Source: Candidatus Iainarchaeum sp.
Lineage (GTDB): Archaea > Iainarchaeota > Iainarchaeia > Iainarchaeales > CSSED10-239
DNA length: 20,096 nt
Direction: 5' to 3'
NCBI GenBank assembly: GCA_028693335.1
Contig: JAQUVR010000002.1
Location: 1-20,096 of the forward strand
Position numbers and translations under genes: made by a program. The notes beneath the pieces were generated by a model that saw nothing but the letters and a program-made list of their open reading frames with translations, was not told the origin of the DNA and searched no databases. This document shows, piece after piece, positions 7,061-15,485 of this stretch. The number at the start of each line of letters is the position of its first letter. The stretch's first letter is position 1.

Positions 7061-7073
7061 AAATATATTTAAA
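7061..7073 (-). promoter_or_regulatory. TATA-like box for the PIN/UPF0175/trxB/panD operon
   Basis: The minus strand reads TTTAAATATATTT, centred about 23 nt upstream of ATG 7044. This suggests a leaderless transcript. The background is AT-rich, so support is weak. Confidence 0.35.
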
Positions 7074-7113
7074 CGTAATACTTTGTAATACATTTAAAAA
7101 AAGAATTAAAAAA

Positions 7114-7782
7114 CTATAATTTACAATATTCAATAATCCGCTGATCTGTCAAAGCTAATATTTTTTCCATTAATTTATGGGCATCATTAGAATTCATCTT
7201 CTTAAATTCTGATGGAACAATTGATCTTTGTAATGTTGAATAAAGTATTTCTTTAAATAATTTCTTTGCTTTTAAACTAACAAAAACAGATCCAATTGCA
7301 AATCTTTTTGATTTTGCAAGAGATTCAATTTTTTTTTCAAGTTTTATTGCGTGTTTTGTATAAAGTTCTCTAGACATTGAATTTACTGATAATTTTGGAT
7401 CTTTTAAATATAATAATGAATTAATTTTTTTAACCCAGTTCTCTATCTGTCTTTTATTTAAACTAACTCTTCTTGCTTTTTCTCTATTTTTTAAGGCTAA
7501 TTCTCTCTCTGTTTTTATATTATTTGTTTTTCTATCTAATTGTTGCTGACGATCTGTTAATTTTTGCCTATTCGCTTCTGTTGGCTCTTTATCTATTCTT
7601 TTTTTATATGTTTTAAGTAATGATTCTGATTCTAATTTTTGCAATTCCATTCTAGCATTAAAATCTCTTGTTCCTGGTTTTTCTAATTTACCAGTTTTAG
7701 GATTTCTTTCATATCCTAATTGTTTTGCTGTGTTTGGTTTTTGTGTAATTTTTTTCTTTAATCTTAAAGCGATTCCTTTCAT
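7114..7782 (-). CDS. Lysine-rich hypothetical protein, paralog A of the tandem pair
   Basis: A 222-aa ORF. It shares with the upstream ORF the blocks NPKTGK / HPKTGR, KRQ..W.K..NS.L, ELY.K, and Y S.L...I.P.E.KKMNS. It carries an extra charged coiled-coil insert of about 60 aa. Confidence 0.7.
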   Translation of the reverse strand: MKGIALRLKKKITQKPNTAKQLGYERNPKTGKLEKPGTRDFNARMELQKLESESLLKTYKKRIDKEPTEANRQKLTDRQQQLDRKTNNIKTERELALKNREKARRVSLNKRQIENWVKKINSLLYLKDPKLSVNSMSRELYTKHAIKLEKKIESLAKSKRFAIGSVFVSLKAKKLFKEILYSTLQRSIVPSEFKKMNSNDAHKLMEKILALTDQRIIEYCKL

Positions 7783-8261
7783 TTAATTTTCCCCTCTAAT
7801 AATTTTAATACAAAACGTTCTGTTTTTGATGATACTTCTTCTAAAAATGAAACCACTTTCTGGGAATTCATTTTTTTTAATTCTGTTGGTTTTATTTCTG
7901 AATGTAATACAGAATAAAATACATTGTTTAATATTTTTTCAGATTTTATTTCTAAAAACTTAACTTGAAGAACATTTACTGGTGCTTGTGAGTTTTTAGA
8001 AAAATAAGATAAAAGATCAGATCTTAATTTATTATATAATTCTTTTCTTATTTTTTCTACTGATTGTTTAGATCCTTCTTTTAGTAATACAGAATTCATT
8101 TCTTTTATCCAAGAAGTTAATTGTCTTTTTTTTAAAGCAGTCAATCTTTTTGCTTCAGAATTTGTTATAGACCGACCTGTTTTTGGATGTATCTTGTTTG
8201 TTGGCTCTTTTTGTTTTTTATCAATTATTCTTTTTAATTTTGGAGTTAATGTTGGGCTCAT
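7779..8261 (-). CDS. Lysine-rich hypothetical protein, paralog B of the tandem pair
   Basis: A 160-aa ORF. AAGAGG lies 6 nt upstream of the ATG. Its stop overlaps the start of paralog A by 4 nt. It has its own TATA-like ttatttaaatat upstream, after the tfb terminator. Confidence 0.7.
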   Translation of the reverse strand: MSPTLTPKLKRIIDKKQKEPTNKIHPKTGRSITNSEAKRLTALKKRQLTSWIKEMNSVLLKEGSKQSVEKIRKELYNKLRSDLLSYFSKNSQAPVNVLQVKFLEIKSEKILNNVFYSVLHSEIKPTELKKMNSQKVVSFLEEVSSKTERFVLKLLEGKIK

Positions 8262-8337
8262 GTCTTGCCTCTTTTTTATCTGGTAATTACAAATAATTAA
8301 TTAGTTAACAGATAGATATTTAAATAATAAAGAAATA

Positions 8338-8365
8338 GAAAAAAATGCTTAAAAATTTTAAGCAT
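8338..8365 (-). terminator. Hairpin plus oligo-T after tfb
   Basis: A perfect 21-nt palindrome ATGCTTAAAAATTTTAAGCAT (8345-8365) overlaps the tfb stop codon. On the minus strand it runs straight into T7 (8339-8345). Confidence 0.45.
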
Positions 8366-9272
8366 CAATGTTTAGTTTTAACTTAGACTTAAGTTCTCTA
8401 TATCTGTTTCTAATAGTTACTTCAGTAACACCAGCAACATTAGCAACTTCTTTTTGAGTTCTTCTTTCGCCTTCAATTAATGCAGCAATATAAACTGCAG
8501 CAGCTGCAACACCTGTTGGCCCTCTTCCAGAAATTAGTCCAGAACCTATTGCTTTTTTTACAATCTCTTTACCTCTTTCTTCAACAGCTCCAGATAAACC
8601 TAAAACAGAAACAAATCTAGATATATAGTAAGTTGGATCTGTCAATGGTACAGCAATATCTAGTTCTTTAACAATAAATCTGTAAGTTCTACCAATCTCT
8701 TTTTTAGTTAAACCAGATGCTTCTGCCATTTCATTTAATGTTCTTGGAACATTGTATGTTCTACAAACAGAGTAAAGAACAGCAGCAACAACAGCTTCAA
8801 TTAATCTTCCTCTAATTAATCCTTTTTCTACTGTCTTTCTATATAATAAAGCAGCAGTTTCAATTAATGAATCAGGAATATTTAGATAAGATCCAATTCT
8901 ACGCAACTCAGTTAATGCTATAGACAAATTTCTTTGCATAGAGTTTGAAATTGAAGATCTTTTATGCCATTTAATTAATCTATACATTTGAGCTCTTGAC
9001 TTTGATGAAAGTTTATTACCTCTAAGATCTCTTCCGGATCTTTCGATCATTGTCTCAAGACCTTTATTTATTTTAACATACTTCATAGGAGATCCAGATC
9101 TTGCTTGATCAGAACTTTGAGATTGATCAAAACTTCTCCACTCTTTTCCCATGTCAACCATGTCTTCACTAATCATTGTGTGACAACTTCTACAAATTAA
9201 TTCACCAGTTTTTGGATCCTTGTAGACAGTGCTTTTTCCACACTCGGGGCATTTCATTGCCATTTTTTCCAC
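8358..9272 (-). CDS. tfb: Transcription initiation factor IIB (TFB)
   Basis: N-terminal zinc ribbon CPECGKSTVYKDPKTGELICRSCHTMI, B-linker region, two cyclin-fold repeats (..ALTELRRIGSYLNIP.., ..YISRFVSVLGLS..) and a C-terminal HTH VAGVTEVTIRNRYREL. The ORF-track start is GTG 9272. ATG 9263, preceded by GAGGTGG, is more likely. Confidence 0.95.
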   Translation of the reverse strand: MEKMAMKCPECGKSTVYKDPKTGELICRSCHTMISEDMVDMGKEWRSFDQSQSSDQARSGSPMKYVKINKGLETMIERSGRDLRGNKLSSKSRAQMYRLIKWHKRSSISNSMQRNLSIALTELRRIGSYLNIPDSLIETAALLYRKTVEKGLIRGRLIEAVVAAVLYSVCRTYNVPRTLNEMAEASGLTKKEIGRTYRFIVKELDIAVPLTDPTYYISRFVSVLGLSGAVEERGKEIVKKAIGSGLISGRGPTGVAAAAVYIAALIEGERRTQKEVANVAGVTEVTIRNRYRELKSKLKLNIDA

Positions 9273-9439
9273 CTCAATATTTGTTTTTTAATAATTATTT
9301 TATTTTTTATTTGAAAATCAAAGAAATTAGGTCTCATAAATTTATTTTTTTGTTTGTAAAATTAGGCCTAATAAAAAGCAAACCTATATAAATATTAATG
9401 GTTGAAGTAGTATTTAAAGCTTTTGCTTTTTATCAAAAA

Positions 9440-10873
9440 TCACTGTTTTAAGAAAACATTACTGCTTGTAAGTGTTGGTCTTAACAATAATCTTAATGGA
9501 TCTCTATCCGGATATCTTATAACAACATCATTACCAGAAATTACTTCAATATGAACTTTTGCTAAATTGTCAAAATTTTCAATAAAATCTGAAAGATATT
9601 CTGAGCTTATTACATAATTTAGTTTTGGATTTTCAACTAATATTTTTAAAACATCATTACCAACAAACAAACTATTAATTGTTTCTTTTGATTCTGGTAT
9701 TGCTACTAAAACGTCTTCTTTTATTATATTTTCAATCTCTTTTATTACTGAGTAAATATAATAAACACAAAATGGATCGTCCAGATTTATTCTTAAAATC
9801 CTACAAGAACCGATCTGACTATAAGAATCTTCAAAAAGCATAGAACAGTCTGTTTTTCCAAAATAGGTTGCATATTTTTTTTCTATAATATTTAATTTAT
9901 TAAAAACCCTTTTTTTTTCAAACTCAGTAATATCATCATCAGTTTCTAATGAAACCATTTTTTCTCTGAGATCTGCAATTGTTAAAAGATCATTGGAGTA
10001 TATTTTTTCTATTATTTTCTCAGAAATTGATGTTAAATGAAATATACTACAAAACGCTTTTTTAGGAACAACAGATAAAGGCATCTTAATTTTAAAATAA
10101 TCTACAGACTTAGATGGAAAACCAAAAGGAGCAATCTTTATATCAAAATTAAAAAGAATATCTTCATGTTGCTGTGGATAAGATAGACTTTTAAAAACGC
10201 CTGTGCTATCAAAAACAAGAACTTTTTTACCAGATAACAAATAATTTTCACAAACTAATTTAACAGAATATAATCTATCATCCAGTTCTGAACCAGTAAC
10301 TAAAACAGATCTTAATGTTTCTATATTTCCAGTTATCGTAACATCATTTTTTTTTCCAATAATCAATTTATTTACTGTAGAATTTTCTAAAAAATTAATG
10401 TTTTTTGTTGGAAAATTTGTAATTGTTTTAATAATAAACGGATCTGAAAAAAATATGCTTCTTTGATCTTCTGATAACATTTTTAATGAAACTAATTTTA
10501 TATTATATGACTTAATTACAGAAATTATTGAACTAGTTTGTTTATTTAATTGAGCAATTTTTTTTTCAATATAGCTTGTAAATGCCATATTATCAATTAA
10601 TTCTGTTTCTGTATTAATTAATAAAAATTTATGAGTATTCTTTTCACCAAGATCTAAATGCTTTTGATAAAAAATACATTGGTTTGGTAAAGTTTCAACA
10701 AATAGTTCTAATTCACCATAAGCTAAAAAAACTTTATAAACTTGAATTAACAATGAATCTTGATGTCTAGATCTTAAAAAAGATACAAAATAGTCATCAT
10801 TGTAAAGAATAGATAATTCTTGATCACCATATTTTCCTTCAAATATAGTTTCCCATGCACTTAATGATAACAT
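9440..10873 (-). CDS. Degenerate (predicted catalytically inactive) paralog of the HerA/DUF87-like ATPase at 907..3435
   Basis: VLVTGSELDDRLYSVKLVCENYLLSGKKVLVFDSTGVFKSLSYP aligns with VAIVCGKRGGGKSYTMSVLIEEFCRQ..LSVLIIDTVGIFWTMKYP. Walker A is replaced by GSELDDRL (nt 10271-10294). Walker B IDEAH is replaced by IPESK. ATQRP is replaced by VISSEY. The C-terminal LLLRPTLTSS matches KIRPRLTWDG. Confidence 0.65.
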   Translation of the reverse strand: MLSLSAWETIFEGKYGDQELSILYNDDYFVSFLRSRHQDSLLIQVYKVFLAYGELELFVETLPNQCIFYQKHLDLGEKNTHKFLLINTETELIDNMAFTSYIEKKIAQLNKQTSSIISVIKSYNIKLVSLKMLSEDQRSIFFSDPFIIKTITNFPTKNINFLENSTVNKLIIGKKNDVTITGNIETLRSVLVTGSELDDRLYSVKLVCENYLLSGKKVLVFDSTGVFKSLSYPQQHEDILFNFDIKIAPFGFPSKSVDYFKIKMPLSVVPKKAFCSIFHLTSISEKIIEKIYSNDLLTIADLREKMVSLETDDDITEFEKKRVFNKLNIIEKKYATYFGKTDCSMLFEDSYSQIGSCRILRINLDDPFCVYYIYSVIKEIENIIKEDVLVAIPESKETINSLFVGNDVLKILVENPKLNYVISSEYLSDFIENFDNLAKVHIEVISGNDVVIRYPDRDPLRLLLRPTLTSSNVFLKQ

Positions 10874-10987
10874 ATTTTTCTTAATTTTTGTTTTTTGTGA
10901 TTTTATCTATATTTATGATTAAATCAAAATGTTTATAATGTTTATATTGTAATATTTATATTATATATATTAAAAAGGTTATTAAAG

Positions 10988-11461
10988 ATGATAGACGAAA
11001 AATTAATAAAAGATACAATTACAGAGCTTTTAAGTGCAAATGTTGATAAAGACACAATTTATTCTACTTTAAAAGATATTGGAGTAGAACTTGGAGAAAT
11101 TGAAAAATACTACACAGAAGTAACAACATCTCAAAATAAAAAAACAGAACCAATAATCGAAGAAAAAAAACCGGTTTTAGAAAAACCAAAAAGTACAGCA
11201 GATCTAGATATTGAAAAACAAGAAACTGATCTAAAAGAAACTGAAAAAGAAGTTGCAGAAATTAATAATAATTTTGAAATACCAAAACCAACTACCAAAA
11301 TAACTGATTCTATAACTGCTCCAGACAACGATCAATTCCTAAAACAAATCTCTGAATTACAGGACCAGGTTGGTGACATAAAAGCACAAATTAATGCATT
11401 AACAAAAATCATGAAAGATATTTTAGAGGAAAATAGAAATATTTTAAACAAACTAAAATAA
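10988..11461 (+). CDS. Acidic hypothetical protein with a C-terminal coiled coil
   Basis: A 157-aa ORF with a small helical N-terminal domain, a low-complexity E/K/T linker and the heptad-like LKQISELQDQVGDIKAQINALTKIMKDILEEN. I recognise no family. Confidence 0.55.
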   Translation: MIDEKLIKDTITELLSANVDKDTIYSTLKDIGVELGEIEKYYTEVTTSQNKKTEPIIEEKKPVLEKPKSTADLDIEKQETDLKETEKEVAEINNNFEIPKPTTKITDSITAPDNDQFLKQISELQDQVGDIKAQINALTKIMKDILEENRNILNKLK

Positions 11462-11462
11462 A

Positions 11463-11774
11463 TTAATATCCCCCGCCACCCAATAACTTGGCAAGATCTT
11501 CATAATTTGCATTAGAATTGCTTTTTTTATTTTTAAATAATGATCTGATAAATATTACTGCAAATAAAACTAAAAGCACTAATATCCAAAAAACATTTAT
11601 TGTTCCGTCTTTTATAAATATTAATACTGCAAATAAAAGAACGAATAAAAAATTAGATTTGCTTGGTGCAAAAATAGAATAAACTAAAATAATTCCTGCA
11701 GAAAAAATATCATAATTGTATTGGTAACTTAAAATCATTAAAACAACAACAACAAAAAAACTAATGAAATCCAT
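11463..11774 (-). CDS. Small membrane protein (3 hydrophobic segments)
   Basis: A 103-aa ORF with hydrophobic segments and a polar tail ending LLGGGGY. It lies downstream of rpl15e on the same strand. Confidence 0.5.
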   Translation of the reverse strand: MDFISFFVVVVLMILSYQYNYDIFSAGIILVYSIFAPSKSNFLFVLLFAVLIFIKDGTINVFWILVLLVLFAVIFIRSLFKNKKSNSNANYEDLAKLLGGGGY

Positions 11775-11794
11775 AAAACTTAAATCACCAAAAA

Positions 11795-12049
11795 CTATTT
11801 CTTAAATAGGCTTTTACCTATTGCCTCTTTAAGTTTTGAGCCAAAAAACCAATAAATCAATATACCAAAAGTAAATAACCAAATTAAATCTGGAAATTGA
11901 TAAAATAACAAAAACATTACAAAAATAGTTATTAATACTGCAACTGTTGCATTACCGATTTGTTTTTTATTATAAACATAAATAGCAACTGCAAAGAATA
12001 TAAACAGAATAATCCACAAACTATCTTGTAAAGAGATTGCTAAAAACAT
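11795..12049 (-). CDS. Small membrane protein (3 hydrophobic segments)
   Basis: An 84-aa ORF with three hydrophobic stretches. It lies on the same strand between rpl15e and the previous ORF. Confidence 0.5.
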   Translation of the reverse strand: MFLAISLQDSLWIILFIFFAVAIYVYNKKQIGNATVAVLITIFVMFLLFYQFPDLIWLFTFGILIYWFFGSKLKEAIGKSLFKK

Positions 12050-12115
12050 ATTTTTTCAATTATATTAATTTTAAATGGTTTTTTAATATTATTGTTTAAT
12101 AGAAAAATTGGCAAA

Positions 12116-12724
12116 TTACTTTGCCTTTCTATTATTTGCTCTTAATGATGGTCTGTTCTTTTCAGTGCCTTTGCCTTTCTTATCAAGACCTCTGTTTTTC
12201 TTACCTGCACTTGTTAAACCCTTATATGATCTGCCCTTATGTTGAGGATCACAAATCCAATGCAGATCTTTATCTGTTATTATTCTTGGATGATTTGGAT
12301 CTACTAATATTACTTCGTAATATTTATGTTGGCCGTCTTCTCCAATTAAATAAGAATTTAAAACTTCCATATTTACAAACTTATCAGCAGCTTTATTTTC
12401 AGCCATTCTTTGAATAGATATTCTTCTAGTTATCTTGTTAACACCCATTCTTTTTGGTTTTCTTCCTTTGTTTGGTCTTCTTATTAAACCAGATCCTTTT
12501 CTTACTTTTGCAAGAACAACAATTATTCCTTGCTTTGCTTTATATCCTAATTCTCTTGCTCTTGGAATATTTGTTGGTTTTTCTAATTTAACTACTGCTT
12601 CTTTTATATGTCTATAACCAATTAATCTTTGAGTATATATTTTTTTATAATTGTAGTTTTCATCTTCTTTTTTCTTAAACTCGTTTTGAACAGTTTTTTT
12701 TATATAATTTATTGCTGTTGTCAT
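12116..12724 (-). CDS. rpl15e: Ribosomal protein L15e
   Basis: LEKPTNIPRARELGYKAKQGIIVVLAKVRKGSG..RRPNKGRKPKRMGVNKIT...LNSYLIGEDGQHKYYEVILVDPNHP matches the eL15 signature across the full length (202 aa). Confidence 0.9.
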   Translation of the reverse strand: MTTAINYIKKTVQNEFKKKEDENYNYKKIYTQRLIGYRHIKEAVVKLEKPTNIPRARELGYKAKQGIIVVLAKVRKGSGLIRRPNKGRKPKRMGVNKITRRISIQRMAENKAADKFVNMEVLNSYLIGEDGQHKYYEVILVDPNHPRIITDKDLHWICDPQHKGRSYKGLTSAGKKNRGLDKKGKGTEKNRPSLRANNRKAK

Positions 12725-12886
12725 AAATCACACCATTTTTATTTCTTTTGAACATAAAATGTATTTATTTTATTAATATTAATAAAAATACAAAAATGAT
12801 CAATAAATAATATACTAAACAAAACATTTATATATGGGTTAGAAAAAAAACCACAAATCTAGCTTTTTAAAGAAAAAAGGGGAAAA

Positions 12887-13603
12887 ATGGCACACTTATT
12901 TTCATCTAAAGCAAGTAAAAAAAAAGCAATTCTTGCTATATTAGTAATAATTACAATAATAAGCTTAACAATAATAGTAACATTACCACTTGCAAAAGCA
13001 TTTTCAAACCCTGCTGAAATTAAAACCTTTGTTTTACAGTTTGGAGCATATTCTGCAATTGTTTTTATATTAATACAAATATTGCAATTAATATTTGCAA
13101 TAATCCCTTCTCCACCAGTAGTTATTGCTGGTGGATATATATTTGGGCCATTTTTAGGAACAATGTATTCATTAATTGGATTATTACTTGGATCTATGAT
13201 TGTTTTTGGAATAACAAGATTATTTGGAAGACCTTTTGTAGAAAATATATTAGATAAATCAATATTAGAAAAAATTGATGAAAAGTCAAACTCTTTTGCA
13301 AAAACATTGTTTGTTCTTTATTTAGTTCCAATAATGCCACATGATGCATTTACATATCTTGCTGGGCTTACAAATATGAAGTTTAAAAAATTTTTACTGG
13401 CAGTAGCTACTGGAAGATTACCATCTATTCTTTTTTTAAGTGTTGTTGGATATCAATTAACTAAATTAAGTCTTTTATTTTCATTAATCTTACTTGGATT
13501 TGTAATTGTTGGTGGAGTTCTTATTTTTTATAAAAGAAAAAATATTGAAGATAATCTTCATAAACACATAAATAAAATAGAAGAAAGAATAAAAAGAAAA
13601 TGA
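12887..13603 (+). CDS. TVP38/TMEM64 (DedA-superfamily, SNARE-associated domain) membrane protein
   Basis: AIVFILIQILQLIFAIIPSPPVVIAGGYIFGPFLGTMYSLIGLLLGSMIVFGITRLFGRPFVE is the characteristic core of the family. The protein is 238 aa with multiple TM segments. Confidence 0.75.
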   Translation: MAHLFSSKASKKKAILAILVIITIISLTIIVTLPLAKAFSNPAEIKTFVLQFGAYSAIVFILIQILQLIFAIIPSPPVVIAGGYIFGPFLGTMYSLIGLLLGSMIVFGITRLFGRPFVENILDKSILEKIDEKSNSFAKTLFVLYLVPIMPHDAFTYLAGLTNMKFKKFLLAVATGRLPSILFLSVVGYQLTKLSLLFSLILLGFVIVGGVLIFYKRKNIEDNLHKHINKIEERIKRK

Positions 13604-14272
13604 TTATTTAAACCAAGATATCTTCTTTTGATAAAGATCTTTAACAATATTATCTACTGTTTTCCATTTTAATCTTGTAAACTCTGGAAACTTTTTATGT
13701 TCTAAAAAATAGTTTTTCAAATAATCTATGGTCTTTGGATCAGAAGAATAACCACTTAATTCAAAACCAACCAAATTATTCATGAGTTTATCTCTGGTTA
13801 CTTTTGCAAGTATTGATGCACAAGCAACAGACATATATTTATAATCTGCTTTGTGCTCTGAGAGGATATCCAACTTATCAAACTTTTTATTATCTTCTTT
13901 TTTTAAAATAGATCTTACTCTTTTGGTGTATTTTTCAGCAATGGTATCAGGAGAATCCAAAATCACCTTATCTGCTGATTTTATTGCCTTTAATAAATCA
14001 ACAACTTTTTGAGCTTCAATCTCATTTAATGAATAACCATCCATTAAAACATTTAATTCTTCTGCAGGAACAACAATAATTTTATACTCTATACAATTTT
14101 GTTCAATAACAGAGAAAAGATCTTCTCTTTTCTGTTTTGATAATAGTTTAGAATCTTTCACACCTATATCTCTAAAAAAACCATCCTTTTTCTCATCAAT
14201 TGCACAGATCGCAAGAACCATTGGGCCCAACACACAGCCTCTTCCGGCCTCATCAATTCCCGCAATTATCAT
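13604..14272 (-). CDS. rnhB: Ribonuclease HII
   Basis: N-terminal IAGIDEAGRGCVLGPMVLA (DEAGRG catalytic motif), LDSPD, and SVACASILAKVTRD. The length is 222 aa. Confidence 0.9.
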   Translation of the reverse strand: MIIAGIDEAGRGCVLGPMVLAICAIDEKKDGFFRDIGVKDSKLLSKQKREDLFSVIEQNCIEYKIIVVPAEELNVLMDGYSLNEIEAQKVVDLLKAIKSADKVILDSPDTIAEKYTKRVRSILKKEDNKKFDKLDILSEHKADYKYMSVACASILAKVTRDKLMNNLVGFELSGYSSDPKTIDYLKNYFLEHKKFPEFTRLKWKTVDNIVKDLYQKKISWFK

Positions 14273-14361
14273 AGTTTCTCAAAATTTGTGTTTTTTTTTA
14301 AAGCTGATATATTTTAAAAGTGTTTGTTATTAAAATATTAATATAAACTAATTTTAAAAGA

Positions 14362-14655
14362 ATGGTTTTAATCTTTATTGGAGAAATGATTATGCAAGGA
14401 AAAATATTAAACTTTAGAAGAGGAAAAAACACACAACATACAGATCACATATTAATAGAAATAAATGATGAAAAATATAGGACAAAAGAATCAGTAGCAC
14501 CATTATTTGGAAAAAAAGTAACATATACAACAGTTGGAAATAAAATTATGTCTGGAAAAATTGTTGCAGCTCACGGAAATAAAGGAGTAGTAAGAGCAAT
14601 ATTTGAAAAAAGCTTGCCAGGCGAATCAATTGGACAAACTGTTGAAATTAAATAA
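14362..14655 (+). CDS. rpl35ae: Ribosomal protein L35Ae
   Basis: GKILNFRRGKNTQH...GKIVAAHGNKGVVRAIFEKSLPGESIGQTVEI aligns along the full length with archaeal L35Ae. The true start is probably ATG 14386 or 14392 (MIMQGK/MQGK). Confidence 0.85.
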   Translation: MVLIFIGEMIMQGKILNFRRGKNTQHTDHILIEINDEKYRTKESVAPLFGKKVTYTTVGNKIMSGKIVAAHGNKGVVRAIFEKSLPGESIGQTVEIK

Positions 14656-14714
14656 TTTTTTTCTTTTTCTAAACTATTTTTATATTTTTGGTATTTTATA
14701 TTATATTGATAACT

Positions 14715-15479
14715 ATGACAATAAATAGAGAGTTGTTTTTTAAAGAAGCACAAGAAAAAATAAAAGAAGAGCTTAATACTACAGATCAAAAAATAATACT
14801 GTATTCTTTAATATCAGAAAAACTACCAAAAAATATTAATGAGCTATTTGAACAAATTAGAATTATTACTGATCTAAAATATCCAACACTAGATCAATAT
14901 TTAACAATTGAAGAATATTGTAATTTTTTATTAGATAACTCTTTAGAAAAACTGAACACTGATAAAAAAAAAGAAATTGAAAAGATCATCTCTGGAGAAA
15001 TATCAATAACTTTTGATCAGAATGAACAAAAACTTGTAGACAATTTTTCAAAAAATATTTTAGATTTAATTGTTCTTAAAAATGATCTTGATCAAGAAAT
15101 ATCTAATTTACTTAAAGAAAATTATCCTAACTTTTATTTAATTGCCACACCAAAAATAGCATCAAAAATGTTACAAATTTCAGGATCTATAAAAAGATTA
15201 GCAAAGATGCCTGCATCTACTATACAATTATTAGGTTCTGAAAAATCATTTTTTAAGGCATTAAAATTAAGTAAAAATACTCCAAAATACGGTGTACTTT
15301 ATAATCATGAAATATTATTCGATCTTAATAAAAAAAATAAAGCAAAGATGGCAAGAATGATTGCAAATAAAATATCAATTGCAGTCAAATCTGATCTTAA
15401 TAAAAATAATGTTTCTGCAGATCTTTATGAAAAGATTATTAGAAAAAAAGAAGAATTGCTTAATTTACAAAAAAAATGA
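14715..15479 (+). CDS. nop5: Nop5 (Nop56/58) box C/D RNP core protein, short form that appears to lack the N-terminal domain
   Basis: The Nop domain is IATPKIASKMLQISGSIKRLAKMPASTIQLLGSEKSFFKALK..PKYGVLYNHEIL...KAKMARMIANKISIAVKSD. It is preceded by a coiled-coil region only. The ORF-track start is TTG 14688. ATG 14715 (MTINREL) is more likely, with a TATA-like tttatatt about 30 nt upstream. Confidence 0.85.
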   Translation: MTINRELFFKEAQEKIKEELNTTDQKIILYSLISEKLPKNINELFEQIRIITDLKYPTLDQYLTIEEYCNFLLDNSLEKLNTDKKKEIEKIISGEISITFDQNEQKLVDNFSKNILDLIVLKNDLDQEISNLLKENYPNFYLIATPKIASKMLQISGSIKRLAKMPASTIQLLGSEKSFFKALKLSKNTPKYGVLYNHEILFDLNKKNKAKMARMIANKISIAVKSDLNKNNVSADLYEKIIRKKEELLNLQKK

Positions 15480-15485
15480 ATAATT

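Noticed and set aside
8345-8365. A perfect 21-nt palindrome ATGCTTAAAAATTTTAAGCAT at the tfb stop codon, considered as a possible protein-binding site or recombination site.
   Set aside because: It is followed immediately by a T7 run on the coding strand of tfb. The simplest reading is a hairpin/oligo-T terminator, and it is listed as such.
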